DNA of 59,091 nt. It comes from Gaiellaceae bacterium (GTDB lineage: Bacteria > Actinomycetota > Thermoleophilia > Gaiellales > Gaiellaceae). Made by a program: the position numbers and the translations under genes. The notes under the pieces were generated by a model. It was given only the letters and a program-made list of their open reading frames with translations, ran no database searches and had not been told where the DNA came from. This document shows, piece after piece, positions 18,525 through 27,605 of this stretch. Within the stretch, counting starts at the first letter, position 1; the number at the start of each line of letters is the position of its first letter. The stretch covers positions 1-59,091 of the forward strand of contig JAWOIV010000030.1 of assembly GCA_046484465.1 (NCBI GenBank). The letters run 5' to 3'.

Positions 18525-18794
18525 GTGCGCGAGCGCTGGTTCGGAGCTACGGGCCGAAAGGTTCCCGAGATCGTCCTCGAGGGAGCCGTCGACCTCGAAG
18601 GAGCTGCGGTGTTCGACGACCTCTCCGATCGTGTGGCGATCCGCGCGGCCCACGAGCGGGGGACGCCAGTCGTCGTGCGAGCCAGGACCACGTCCGAGGT
18701 GCAGGAGGCACTGTCGCTCGGCGAGGTCGCGTGCGCGCTCGTCCCGGACGAGGAGCTCCTGTCGCTCGACCTGCCCGAGCTCACGTACGGGTAG
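18525..18794 (+). CDS. hypothetical protein (89 aa), translationally coupled to the DUF1028 gene
   Basis: High third-position GC across the ORF. TAG stop shares a base with GTG 18794. A leaderless-type -10 lies upstream. I recognise no family. Confidence 0.55.
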   Translation: MRERWFGATGRKVPEIVLEGAVDLEGAAVFDDLSDRVAIRAAHERGTPVVVRARTTSEVQEALSLGEVACALVPDEELLSLDLPELTYG

Positions 18795-19618
18795 TGCTCG
18801 TCTCCACGTACTCCATCTGCGCCTGCGACCTCGGCGCGAGCCAGTGGGGCGTCGCCACGCAGTCGAAGTTCCTCGCGGTCGGCTCGGTCGTCCCCTGCGC
18901 GGAGGCGGGAGTCGGAGCGATCGCGACCCAGGCACACGCGAATCCCCGCTACGGACCGGAGGGACTGAGGCTCCTCCACCAGGGTCTTCGCGCCGAGCAG
19001 GTCGTCCGGGGGCTGACGGATGCAGACGAGGGACGGGCGGAGCGACAGCTCGGCATCGTCGACGGCAAGGGGGGAAGCGCGTCGTTCACCGGCGACGCGT
19101 GTCACGCGTGGGCGGGCGGACGCACCGGTGAGGGCTTTGCAGCCCAGGGCAACATCCTGGTCTCGGGCGAGACCGTCGACGCGCTCGCCGAGAGCTTCGA
19201 GGCCAGCGCCGGAAGACCACTCGCCGAGCGGCTGCTCGACTGCCTCGACGCGGCCCAGGCCGCCGGAGGCGACCGCCGCGGGCAGCAGTCGGCGGCGCTG
19301 CTCGTCGTCGGGCCGAACCAGGGCTACGCGGGCCTGTCGGATGTCGCCGTCGACCTGCGAGTCGACGACCACGCGTGGCCTCTCGAGGAGCTCCGGCGAC
19401 TGTTCGTGCTCCACCAGGAGCTCTTCGGGCGTACTCCCCGCTCGGAGTGGATCGAGGTCGACGCGACGCTGCGATCCGAGATCACCGAGCGACTCGCGCG
19501 CCTCGGCTTCGAGCGCCTCGAGGACTGGGCCGGCGTCGCCAACCTCGAGGAGCGCGTTGACGGCGACGAGGCGATCGACCCACTCGTCCTCGCCGCCTTG
19601 CGGCGCGCGGGCTCGTAG
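18794..19618 (+). CDS. DUF1028 family (Ntn-hydrolase fold) protein with a C-terminal PG_binding_2-like tail
   Basis: STYSICACD...GVATQSKFLAVG...QGNIL pattern typical of DUF1028. The C-terminal ...WAGVANLEERVDGDEAIDPLVL resembles the putative peptidoglycan-binding domain often fused to it. Confidence 0.75.
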   Translation: MLVSTYSICACDLGASQWGVATQSKFLAVGSVVPCAEAGVGAIATQAHANPRYGPEGLRLLHQGLRAEQVVRGLTDADEGRAERQLGIVDGKGGSASFTGDACHAWAGGRTGEGFAAQGNILVSGETVDALAESFEASAGRPLAERLLDCLDAAQAAGGDRRGQQSAALLVVGPNQGYAGLSDVAVDLRVDDHAWPLEELRRLFVLHQELFGRTPRSEWIEVDATLRSEITERLARLGFERLEDWAGVANLEERVDGDEAIDPLVLAALRRAGS

Positions 19619-19626
19619 GCCTACTC

Positions 19627-20529
19627 GTGAGAGTCCTCTCGACCCGGCGCTACCCGGGATCCGCCTTCGACGAGCTCGACGATGTGGTCGTCCTCGACCT
19701 CGCCGAGCTCGGTGCGCCCCGAGACGACGTCGAGGGGCTGATCGTCGCCAACGAGCACGTTCCGCTCGACCTGTTGCCGAACCTCCGAATCGTCGCGAAC
19801 TTCGGCGTCGGCTACGACCGGATCGACGTCCGCGCGTGCCACGAGCGAGGGGTGGTCGTCACGAACACCCCGGGAGTCCTCGACGCGGCGACGGCGGACC
19901 TCGCGTTCGCGCTGATCCTGGCGGCGCGCCGGCGCGTCGTCGAGGGAGATCGCCTCGTGCGGTCGGGGGATTGGGGCGCCTCCTGGGCGGACAGCTGGCT
20001 CGCCGAGGAGCTGACGGGCTCGACGCTCGGCATCGTCGGCTTCGGGCGCATCGGCCAGGCGGTCGCCCGCCGCGCACGCGGTTTCGACCTCCGCGTCCTC
20101 TACACGCAGCGGACCGAGATCGCGACGAGCCTGGGCGAGTACCGCGCCCTCGACGCGCTGCTCCGCGAGGCCGACATCGTGACCCTGCACGTGCCCTCGA
20201 CACCGCAGACGCGCGGCCTGATCGACGCTCGCAGGCTCGCCCTGCTACGGGACGGCACATGCCTGGTGAACACCGCGCGCGGGGAGATCGTGGACGAGCA
20301 CGCCCTGGTCGCCGAGCTCGTGTCCGGCCGCATCAACGCGGGGCTCGACGTCTTCGCGCACGAGCCACACGTGCCGGAGCCCCTCCTGGGGCTCGAGAAC
20401 GTCGTGCTCACACCTCACCTCGGGAGCGGAACCAGGCAGGCGCGCGAGGCCATGACACGGCTCGCCGTGGACAACGTGCTCGCGGTCGGGCGCGGCGAGC
20501 CCCCGCTCACGCCGGCCGATCCTCGTTAG
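19627..20529 (+). CDS. D-isomer-specific 2-hydroxyacid dehydrogenase (glyoxylate/hydroxypyruvate reductase-like)
   Basis: GIVGFGRIGQAV NAD fold, NTARG, and catalytic HLGSGT. Confidence 0.85.
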   Translation: MRVLSTRRYPGSAFDELDDVVVLDLAELGAPRDDVEGLIVANEHVPLDLLPNLRIVANFGVGYDRIDVRACHERGVVVTNTPGVLDAATADLAFALILAARRRVVEGDRLVRSGDWGASWADSWLAEELTGSTLGIVGFGRIGQAVARRARGFDLRVLYTQRTEIATSLGEYRALDALLREADIVTLHVPSTPQTRGLIDARRLALLRDGTCLVNTARGEIVDEHALVAELVSGRINAGLDVFAHEPHVPEPLLGLENVVLTPHLGSGTRQAREAMTRLAVDNVLAVGRGEPPLTPADPR

Positions 20530-20534
20530 GGTCG

Positions 20535-21212
20535 CTAGCCGGAGCCGAGCGTCTCGCGGTACACCCTGATCGCCCAGCCGCGCTCGCCGGCAATGCGCCG
20601 CAGCTCACGATCCGGATTGACCGCGACGGGCGTTCCCACCGCCTCCAGGAACGGGAGATCGGTGTGCGAGTCCGAGTACGCGGTCGAGCCCGTGAGGTCG
20701 TGGCGCTCCTTCTCCGCCAGCTCCGCGAGCGCCTCCGCCTTCCCGGCCCCGAGGAGCCGGCGCTCGAGCCGTCCCGTGAAGACGCCGTCTCGCACCTCGG
20801 CGCGCGACCCGAGCGCCCCGTCGAGTGAGAGCTCGTGCGCGAGCACGTCCACGACTTCCTGGAGAGCGCCGGAGACGAGGTAGACGCGCTCTCCGCGCGC
20901 CGTGTGGACGGCCACCTCGTCGAGGGCTTCCCGGTAGACGAGCGGCCGGAGGACGGGCTCCCACGCGTCCGCCACGATCTCGCGGAGCGTTTCGACGGGG
21001 AGGTCCCGCAGGATCGCCGTTGCGGTGTCGGCCGTCTGCCCGGCGCGACCGTGCCCGGCGCCGAAGCGCACGAAGAGAAGCTGAGCGACCCGCGCCTTCA
21101 GCAGCTGGCGCCGGCCGATGAGCCCGCGGCGACGGAAGCCGCCGGCTAGAGCGAGCGAGCTCGAGTGTGAGAGCAGCGTCCGATCCAGGTCGAAGAACGC
21201 CGCGGCGGTCAC
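20535..21212 (-). CDS. HAD-IB family hydrolase (SerB-like phosphatase)
   Basis: FFDLDRTLL (DxDxT) motif I and SDSHTDLPFL motif IV region. Confidence 0.8.
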   Translation of the reverse strand: MTAAAFFDLDRTLLSHSSSLALAGGFRRRGLIGRRQLLKARVAQLLFVRFGAGHGRAGQTADTATAILRDLPVETLREIVADAWEPVLRPLVYREALDEVAVHTARGERVYLVSGALQEVVDVLAHELSLDGALGSRAEVRDGVFTGRLERRLLGAGKAEALAELAEKERHDLTGSTAYSDSHTDLPFLEAVGTPVAVNPDRELRRIAGERGWAIRVYRETLGSG

Positions 21213-21227
21213 GATTCGCCCCGACGC

Positions 21228-22322
21228 CTACGAGAGGACGGTCAGGGGCTTCCGGATCGAGCCCTGGCGCGTCGCGGCGACCACCTCTGCAAGCGCCGCG
21301 ATCGCCTGAGCCGCCTCCGACTCGGGCGCGACCTCGAGCACGGGCGTGCCGTCGTCCGTGGCCTCCCTGAGCACGGGGTCGAGCGGGATCCGCCCGAGCA
21401 GCGGCACACCGATCTCGTCGGCGAGCGCCTGGCCGCCGCCGGAGCCGAAGATCTCCTGGCCCGTGCCGGCGAGGTAGGACATGTTCTCGACCGCGCCGAT
21501 CACGCGCATTCCCGTCTTGAGCGCCATCTGCGCGGCCCGCACCGCCACCTGCTGCGCGGCCGGCTGCGGCGTCGTGACGACGAGGGCCTCGGCCTGCGGC
21601 AGGAGCTGGCCGAGGGACATGGCCACGTCACCCGTGCCCGGCGGCATGTCGACGAGCAGCGTGTCCAGCTCCCCCCAGTGGACGTCGGAGAGGAACTGCT
21701 CGAGAGCGCGATGCAGCATCGGACCGCGCCACATCACGGGAGCGTTCTCGTCGAGGAAGAACCCGATGGACATCAGCTTCAGATCGCCTCGTACCGGGGG
21801 CACGATCATGTCGTCCACCGCGATGGGCTTCTGATGGATCCCGAGCATGTGCGGGATCGAGTGCCCGTAGACGTCGCCGTCGAGGACTCCGACCTGGTCT
21901 CCGAGTGCCGAGAGCGCGTAGGCGAGGTTCACCGTGAGTGTCGACTTGCCGACGCCGCCCTTACCGGACGCGACCGCGAGAACGCGCGTTCCCGGTGACA
22001 GGGACGGGGTCCGCTCGGGACGGCCTCCGCGAAGCTGCGAGACGAGCGCGGTCTTCTCCTCGGGCGTCATGACCGTGAAGCCGAGCTGCACCGAGGTGAC
22101 GCCCGCGACCTCGCCGACGAACCGCTGGACCTGCTCCTCGAAGGAGTGCCGCAGCGGGCAGCCTGCAGTCGTCAGCGCGATCGTCAGCGCCACGCTGCCG
22201 TCGTCGCCGGCGACGACGTCCCGCACCATGTCGAGGTCCGTGACCGGGCGCCGGAGCTCCGGGTCGATGACCTGCTCGAGCGCCTTCAGGATCGCGTCGC
22301 GGTCCGGCCTCACAGGAGCCAC
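21228..22322 (-). CDS. Mrp/ApbC/NBP35-type Fe-S cluster carrier ATPase with an N-terminal DUF59 domain
   Basis: VASGKGGVGKST deviant Walker A and a DUF59-like N-terminus (ILKALEQVIDPEL). Start taken as GTG 22322, just after the upstream stop. The ORF-track start 22358 is also possible. Confidence 0.85.
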   Translation of the reverse strand: MAPVRPDRDAILKALEQVIDPELRRPVTDLDMVRDVVAGDDGSVALTIALTTAGCPLRHSFEEQVQRFVGEVAGVTSVQLGFTVMTPEEKTALVSQLRGGRPERTPSLSPGTRVLAVASGKGGVGKSTLTVNLAYALSALGDQVGVLDGDVYGHSIPHMLGIHQKPIAVDDMIVPPVRGDLKLMSIGFFLDENAPVMWRGPMLHRALEQFLSDVHWGELDTLLVDMPPGTGDVAMSLGQLLPQAEALVVTTPQPAAQQVAVRAAQMALKTGMRVIGAVENMSYLAGTGQEIFGSGGGQALADEIGVPLLGRIPLDPVLREATDDGTPVLEVAPESEAAQAIAALAEVVAATRQGSIRKPLTVLS

Positions 22323-22326
22323 GGTA

Positions 22327-23136
22327 TCAGCGGCCTCTCCGCCCGAGAGCTGCCGCAAGCCGTGTCACGAGCTCCTCCGAGCCGGCGGCCGCGATACGCG
22401 AGCGCGTGACGAGATCGAGTTGCGCGGCGCCGAGCGGCGGGTCGTCGAAGAGCTCGATGGCGAGGCCACACTCGCGGACGAGCAGCTGCGCCGCGGCGAT
22501 GTCCACCGAGCGCGCTTCCTTCAGGCAGCAGACCGCGTCGACGCGGCCGGCGGCGAGGTGACAGAGCGAGAGTGCGAGCGACCCCATCACGCGGATCCGC
22601 CCGGCGACGCCGACCACGCCCTGGATCCACTCCGCGATCGCGGGCGTCGTCGTCCCTTCGAACGACAGGATCTCGACGGTCTCCTTGGGTGCGAGAGCGC
22701 CGAGGCGCTCCCCGTCGAGGTACGCGCCCACGCCGCGCGTCGCCGTCCACTCCTCCCCCGTGCCGAAGTCGTAGACGTACCCGTAGACGATGTCGTCCAT
22801 CGTCGGTCCCTCGGAGACGGCGAGTGAGAAGGAGAAGAAGGGAATCCCGCGCTTCGCGTTCACCGATCCATCGATCGGGTCCACCACGACCCGCCTCGGC
22901 TCGCCGGTACCGAAAGCGAGCGTCCCGAGCTCCTCGGACACGAGCAGGAAGTCCTCGTCGAGCGCGCGTAGCCGCTCGACCACCGCCTCTTCGGCCGCGT
23001 GGTCGATCGCGGTCGTGTCGTCCCCTCCCTCCCCGAGCCGAAGCACGGGCTCGCGCTCGATCCGGGTCGGAAGCCGCTCCAGCACCTTTCGGATGTCCGC
23101 CACGCAGAGCCGGCACGTCTCGAGCCAGTCCGTCAC
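22327..23136 (-). CDS. inositol monophosphatase / fructose-1,6-bisphosphatase family protein
   Basis: VDPIDGSVNAKRGIPFFSFSLAV and related IMPase motifs. GTGA overlap with the DUF1015 stop. Confidence 0.85.
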   Translation of the reverse strand: MTDWLETCRLCVADIRKVLERLPTRIEREPVLRLGEGGDDTTAIDHAAEEAVVERLRALDEDFLLVSEELGTLAFGTGEPRRVVVDPIDGSVNAKRGIPFFSFSLAVSEGPTMDDIVYGYVYDFGTGEEWTATRGVGAYLDGERLGALAPKETVEILSFEGTTTPAIAEWIQGVVGVAGRIRVMGSLALSLCHLAAGRVDAVCCLKEARSVDIAAAQLLVRECGLAIELFDDPPLGAAQLDLVTRSRIAAAGSEELVTRLAAALGRRGR

Positions 23137-24215
23137 GCAGCGACCTCGTGGAAGAGGAGGCCCGACAGGGGCTTGGGGTAGAAGTACGTGCTCTTCTGAG
23201 GCATGCGCTCTCCGCGCCGGGCGACCCCGAAGACGTCCTGCACGCGCGCCTCGCGGAGGATGAACGCGACGTCCGCCGCGCCGGAGTCGACCGCCGAGAC
23301 GGCGCCGGCCGCTCTCGGCGTGTAGCCGATCCCGGCCAGGCCGTGCCGATCCACGAGCTCCACGTCGAGCTCGCCTTGCTCTCCGCGAATCAGCTCGATG
23401 CGCCCACGACGGTACGCCACCGCGGCGGAGCGATCGAACGGCTCCGCCGCGAGCACCGCGAGCGCCTCGTCGAGGTCGGCAATGCGCTGCCCCTTCTCGA
23501 GGTCGGCGAGATCTGGCCTGCCGGCGAAGAACCGGTGGGTCGGAAACACGTGGAGACCTGGATCCTGGGTGGAGACGACGAGAGCCATGACCCGGGCCGG
23601 AGCGGACGACGCCTCGCGCCCGAGCTCGACGGCGCTCTCGTAGCGGTGGTGCCCGTCTGCGATGAGCAGCGTGTTCTCCTCGAGCGAGCGCGGGTCGAAG
23701 TCCGGAAGCCTCCAGAGCCGCGACCCGCCGACCTCGAGGTCTGCGCGCTTCTCGGGGACGCGGAGCCCGAGAGGGCCGTCTGCCAACAGGAAGATCGGCT
23801 CGGGCTGCACATGCGTCGCTCGCAGGAGGTCGAGCCGGTCCTCGCGGATCCGCGGGTGCGTCCTCTCGTGCGGGAGCACGCGGCCGGTCTCGTACGGCAC
23901 CGCACGGATCGACACGACGACACCGAGCCGCTCTCGGGCGACACCATCAGGGCCGACGAAGTCCTCGACGAGGAGCCAGGACGACGACTCCTCCTCACGC
24001 TCCAGGATCCCGTCCTCGAGCCAGCTGCGGTAGAGACGGCCGGCAGCGTCGATCGACACGGGCAGCGTGACGTGCACGACGTTGTACGGGCTGCGCGTGT
24101 ACAGGATCGCGCGCTCCTCCTCCGTCACAGCGTCGTACGGGGGGGCGACGAGGTCGGCGATCGGCCCTGCCGCGCCCGAGTAGCGAACGGCGCGAAACGG
24201 CTGAGCGTCGGCCAT
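23133..24215 (-). CDS. DUF1015 domain-containing protein
   Basis: MADAQPFRAVRY...APPYD N-terminal signature of DUF1015. ATG 24215 is in frame within ORF 23133..25190, and the rest of that ORF is shadow. Confidence 0.8.
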   Translation of the reverse strand: MADAQPFRAVRYSGAAGPIADLVAPPYDAVTEEERAILYTRSPYNVVHVTLPVSIDAAGRLYRSWLEDGILEREEESSSWLLVEDFVGPDGVARERLGVVVSIRAVPYETGRVLPHERTHPRIREDRLDLLRATHVQPEPIFLLADGPLGLRVPEKRADLEVGGSRLWRLPDFDPRSLEENTLLIADGHHRYESAVELGREASSAPARVMALVVSTQDPGLHVFPTHRFFAGRPDLADLEKGQRIADLDEALAVLAAEPFDRSAAVAYRRGRIELIRGEQGELDVELVDRHGLAGIGYTPRAAGAVSAVDSGAADVAFILREARVQDVFGVARRGERMPQKSTYFYPKPLSGLLFHEVAA

Positions 24216-24223
24216 CGGGCGCG

Positions 24224-24229
24224 AGCGTA
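24224..24229 (-). promoter_or_regulatory. -10-like hexamer TACGCT, 8 nt before DUF1015 ATG
   Basis: TAnnnT hexamer on the minus strand in the 45-bp divergent spacer. Confidence 0.3.
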
Positions 24230-24248
24230 CCAACGCCGAGGCCGACCG

Positions 24249-24254
24249 TAGACT
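24249..24254 (+). promoter_or_regulatory. -10-like hexamer TAGACT, 6 nt before GTG 24261 (leaderless-type)
   Basis: TAnnnT hexamer in the 45-bp divergent spacer. Confidence 0.4.
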
Positions 24255-24260
24255 CCAGCC

Positions 24261-25097
24261 GTGGCCATGATCGCCGAGCTCGCGGACGACCGGACGGTCG
24301 AGGGCGTCTTCGCCGTGACGAAGAAGGAGCGACGGCGCACCCGAGCCGGCGCGACGTACCTTGCGCTCGAGCTTGCCGACGCGAGCGGGCGCGTCGAGGC
24401 GCGCGTCTGGAACGACGTCGACCTCCTCGACACGCGCTTTGCCGAGGGCGATGCGGTTCGCGTGCTGGGGAGGGTCGAGAGCTTCGGTGGTCGTCTCCAG
24501 GTGCAGGTGCGCGCGGTCGAGGCGGTCGAGGACGTCGACGTCGCCTCGCTCACGCCGGCTCTCCGCCGCGACGCGGACGAGCTCGACGGGTTTCTCGAGT
24601 TCCTCGCGGACGAGATCGCGCATCCCGGGCTCGTCGCCGTCGTCGGCTCGTTCCTGGGCGACCAGGCCATTCGGACAGCGCTTCGGACACTCCCCGCCGC
24701 CGGTGTCGACGGCCACCACGGATACGCGGGCGGGCTGCTCGAGCACACCGTCGGCGTCGCGACCCTCTGTCGCGAGACCGCGCAGCTCCATCCTCGCCTC
24801 CGCAACGACCTGCTGCTCGCAGCTGCCCTCCTGCACGATGTCGGCCGCGTGCGCGAGCTCGGACGCGGGCCTGCCTTCCGGCAAACGGAGGAGGGCCGCC
24901 TCCTCGGGCACGTGCACCTCGGCCTCCGCATGATCGAAGAGCGCGCGCACGACCTCGACACCGCAGCCCTCGCGGAGCTGCTCCACGCCGTCGCCTGCCA
25001 CCACGATCGTCCTGCTGCGCGGACTGCGGAGGCTGCCGTCCTCTACCACGCGAACCAGCTCGACGCGCAGGCCGCGACCCGCCCCGTCGGCGACTGA
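24261..25097 (+). CDS. OB-fold + HD-domain protein (YhaM/Cbf1-like 3'-5' exoribonuclease family)
   Basis: N-terminal OB fold (ATYLALELADASGRVEARVW) followed by an HD domain (HHGYAGGLLEHT...LLHDVGR). Confidence 0.75.
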   Translation: MAMIAELADDRTVEGVFAVTKKERRRTRAGATYLALELADASGRVEARVWNDVDLLDTRFAEGDAVRVLGRVESFGGRLQVQVRAVEAVEDVDVASLTPALRRDADELDGFLEFLADEIAHPGLVAVVGSFLGDQAIRTALRTLPAAGVDGHHGYAGGLLEHTVGVATLCRETAQLHPRLRNDLLLAAALLHDVGRVRELGRGPAFRQTEEGRLLGHVHLGLRMIEERAHDLDTAALAELLHAVACHHDRPAARTAEAAVLYHANQLDAQAATRPVGD

Positions 25098-25106
25098 GCC
25101 GGCTCG

Positions 25107-25937
25107 ATGGGGGGCATCCTCGCGCTCACCGCCGGCGCGTGCTGGGGGATCGGGGACTTCCTCGGCGGGCTCTCGGCCAAGCGCGTGCACGTGCTCACCG
25201 TCCTCCTCGTCTCGCAGGCGCTCGGGGCGGTCGGCATCGCCGTGTGGACCGGAGTCGCCGGGGAGCCGTTCCCCGGCTTCGTCGAGGTCGCTCCCGCCGT
25301 CGGCGCCGGCGTTGCCGGGCTCGTCGGGCTGGGCGCTCTCTACCGGGGCCTCTCCATCGGCGCCATGGGCATCGTCGCGCCGATCTCAGCGGCCGCGCCC
25401 GTCATCCCCCTCGGCGCCGACTTCATCCGTGGCGACACTCCGAGCGCGGTGCAGTGGGCAGGCGTCGCCCTCGTGCTCACAGGGGTCGCCGTAGTGTCCC
25501 GCGAGCCCACGCACGGCGAGCGCCGGTTCGCCGTGGGTGTCGGGCTTGCAGTGCTCGCTGCGCTGGGATTCGGATGCTTCTACGTTGCGCTCGACGCTGC
25601 GGCTACCGCGAGCGTGCCGTGGGCGGTCCTCGTCGCGCGCTGGACGGGCGTCGCGGTCGTGCTCGCAGCCGCGCTAGCGGTAGCCGCTCCGGTTCGCCCT
25701 CCGGCTGCGCTGCTCCCCGCGCTCGTCGGAGTCGCGCTCTTCGACACCTCGGCGAACGTTCTCCTCGCAACGGCCACGACGAAGGCCGCCGCAGGGATCG
25801 TCGCGGTGCTCACCTCCGTGTACCCGCTCGTGACGATCGTGCTCGCCCGGCTCGTGCTCGGCGAGCAGCTGAGCGCGTCGCGTCGCGTGGGGGGCGTGAT
25901 CGCACTGTCGGGCGCCGCGCTCGTCGCCGCCGGCTGA
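25107..25937 (+). CDS. EamA/DMT family transporter
   Basis: Ten-TM-like hydrophobic profile with two EamA-type repeats. Confidence 0.75.
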   Translation: MGGILALTAGACWGIGDFLGGLSAKRVHVLTVLLVSQALGAVGIAVWTGVAGEPFPGFVEVAPAVGAGVAGLVGLGALYRGLSIGAMGIVAPISAAAPVIPLGADFIRGDTPSAVQWAGVALVLTGVAVVSREPTHGERRFAVGVGLAVLAALGFGCFYVALDAAATASVPWAVLVARWTGVAVVLAAALAVAAPVRPPAALLPALVGVALFDTSANVLLATATTKAAAGIVAVLTSVYPLVTIVLARLVLGEQLSASRRVGGVIALSGAALVAAG

Positions 25938-25945
25938 CCCGAAGC

Positions 25946-26884
25946 TCAGACGTTGAAACGGATGTTGATGACGTCGCCGTCCTCGACGACGTAGCTCTTC
26001 CCCTCCAGGCGCTGCTGGCCGCGACGCGCTGCCTCGGCATGTGAGCCGCACTCGAGCAGGTCGTCCCAGCGAATCACCTCGCAGCGGATGAAGCCGCGCG
26101 CGATGTCGGTGTGGATCGACTCCGCGGCCTCGAGCGCGGTCTGCCCGTGCTGCAGCGTCCAGGCTCTCGCCTCCGTGTCGCCGATGGTGAAGAACGTGAC
26201 GAGGCCGAGCGCCTCCTTCAGTCGGAGGACGACCTCGTCGAGCGCCGACGGCCCTGAGCGAAACTCGGCCGCCTCCTCGGGGGCGAGCTCGGCCAGCTCC
26301 ATCTCGAGCGCGCAGTCGATTCCGGCAGGCCCGTTCTCGACCGGGATGAGCGGCTTCGTCGTCAGCGGCTCGAGCTCGGGCGGGATGCGCTCCTTCCACT
26401 CGGACAGAGGTGAGCCGGCTTCGAGGTGAGCGAGCATGGCGTCCAGCAGCACGACTTCCCGCCGCGTCGAGAGGTCTCCCGACTTGGCGTCCTTCCGCAC
26501 CTTCTCCAGGCGCCGCTCGACATGGTCGCGGTCGGCGACGACGAGCTCGAGCGCGAGCGACTCGAGGTCGCCGGGCGGATCGGCGCCCTCCGAGAACCCG
26601 TCGAGCACGGCGAGCAGCGCGTCGGCCTGGCGGAGCCCGCCGGGCACCTCCACGCCGGCGGCAGGGACGTCGACCACCCGGATCGCCGCTGGAGTGACCT
26701 TCCTCGATCCGATGAGCGCAGCCAGGCGATCGAGTCGCGCGTCCGGGATGACGGCGACGCCGACGTTGGCCTTCTCGGTGACGGACGCGTACGCCGTGAC
26801 CTCCGCGCCGGCATGGGTCAGCGCGTTGAAGAGGGTCGTCTTCCCCGCGTTCGAAAGGCCGACGATGCCGACCTGCAGTGGCAT
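25946..26884 (-). CDS. ychF: divergent, shortened YchF/OLA1-family ATPase
   Basis: GIVGLSNAGKTTLFNALT P-loop and a conserved C-terminal TGS-like region (RAWTL..G.TA..AA..IHTD...GFIR.EVI...GDVINIRFNV). The switch-II region is shortened (see findings). Confidence 0.8.
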   Translation of the reverse strand: MPLQVGIVGLSNAGKTTLFNALTHAGAEVTAYASVTEKANVGVAVIPDARLDRLAALIGSRKVTPAAIRVVDVPAAGVEVPGGLRQADALLAVLDGFSEGADPPGDLESLALELVVADRDHVERRLEKVRKDAKSGDLSTRREVVLLDAMLAHLEAGSPLSEWKERIPPELEPLTTKPLIPVENGPAGIDCALEMELAELAPEEAAEFRSGPSALDEVVLRLKEALGLVTFFTIGDTEARAWTLQHGQTALEAAESIHTDIARGFIRCEVIRWDDLLECGSHAEAARRGQQRLEGKSYVVEDGDVINIRFNV

Positions 26885-26890
26885 CGGCGT

Positions 26891-27118
26891 CTACTCGGCG
26901 AACCCGACGGGAGACTCTCGCGCGAAACGCTTCACGTAGATGACGCGGTCGAGCACGACGACGATCGGTCCGTCCTGCGCTCCGAGCTCGACGGCTCCCG
27001 ATCCGCCCGCCGTGAGCTTGCGGTCGAGCGCGTCCGCGCTCTCGGAGGTTACGAGCCAGCTCAGGATCTGCCCCCCGTCGAAGCCGACCTCCATGCGAAC
27101 GTACGTGTCGTCAGCCAC
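26891..27118 (-). CDS. DUF3107-like small protein
   Basis: 75 aa with VRMEVGF...SESADALDRKLTAGG...VVLDRVIYV...VGF, which resembles the actinobacterial DUF3107 pattern. Overlaps the mce stop by 8 nt. Confidence 0.6.
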   Translation of the reverse strand: MADDTYVRMEVGFDGGQILSWLVTSESADALDRKLTAGGSGAVELGAQDGPIVVVLDRVIYVKRFARESPVGFAE

Positions 27119-27515
27119 CGGATACCACCTCCGTCAGGACGCCGTGCACGGCGTCGGGATGGACAAACGCGACCTCGAGCCCGAAGAGGCCCGGTCGCGG
27201 CACCTGATCCACGAGCTGCGCGCCGACCGACGCGAGCTGCCGAAGCGCCTCCTGCACGTCGTCCGTCGCGTAGGCGACGTGGTGCATCCCGGGGCCGCGC
27301 TTTGCGAGGAATCTGCCCACAGGCGTGTCCGGGCCGGTCGGAGCGAGGAGCTCGACGCGGCTGCCGCCGACGAGCACCGCGGCCGCCTCGACCCCCTGGG
27401 AGACAAGACCCTGGCGATGCTCGAGCCGTGCGTCGAAGAGGCGCTCGTAGGTCCCGATTGCGTCGTCGAGATCCTCGACGGCAAGCCCGATGTGATGGAT
27501 TCCACGAAGCCGCAC
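27111..27515 (-). CDS. mce: methylmalonyl-CoA epimerase (VOC/glyoxalase fold)
   Basis: IHHIGLAVEDLD...G.GMHHVAY...HGVL.E motifs. GTG 27515 is preceded by TAGCAT at 7 nt. The ORF-track start 27608 would translate the AT-rich palindromes. Confidence 0.85.
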   Translation of the reverse strand: MRLRGIHHIGLAVEDLDDAIGTYERLFDARLEHRQGLVSQGVEAAAVLVGGSRVELLAPTGPDTPVGRFLAKRGPGMHHVAYATDDVQEALRQLASVGAQLVDQVPRPGLFGLEVAFVHPDAVHGVLTEVVSGG

Positions 27516-27522
27516 CGCCGCG

Positions 27523-27528
27523 ATGCTA
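27523..27528 (-). promoter_or_regulatory. -10-like hexamer TAGCAT, 7 nt before mce GTG (leaderless-type)
   Basis: TAnnnT hexamer on the minus strand. Confidence 0.4.
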
Positions 27529-27539
27529 CTCAGTGGCGC

Positions 27540-27560
27540 CAAGTTACAACTTGTAACAAG
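27540..27560. promoter_or_regulatory. operator-like palindrome copy 1 (CAAGTTACAAcTTGTAACaaG), centred about -35 of mce
   Basis: The 18-nt core CAAGTTACAACTTGTAAC is identical to copy 2. It is AT-rich within GC-rich DNA. Confidence 0.55.
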
Positions 27561-27605
27561 GCCCCAAGGGCTCTGAAACGGCTCGGAAAGACGGATCGCC
27601 ACTCG

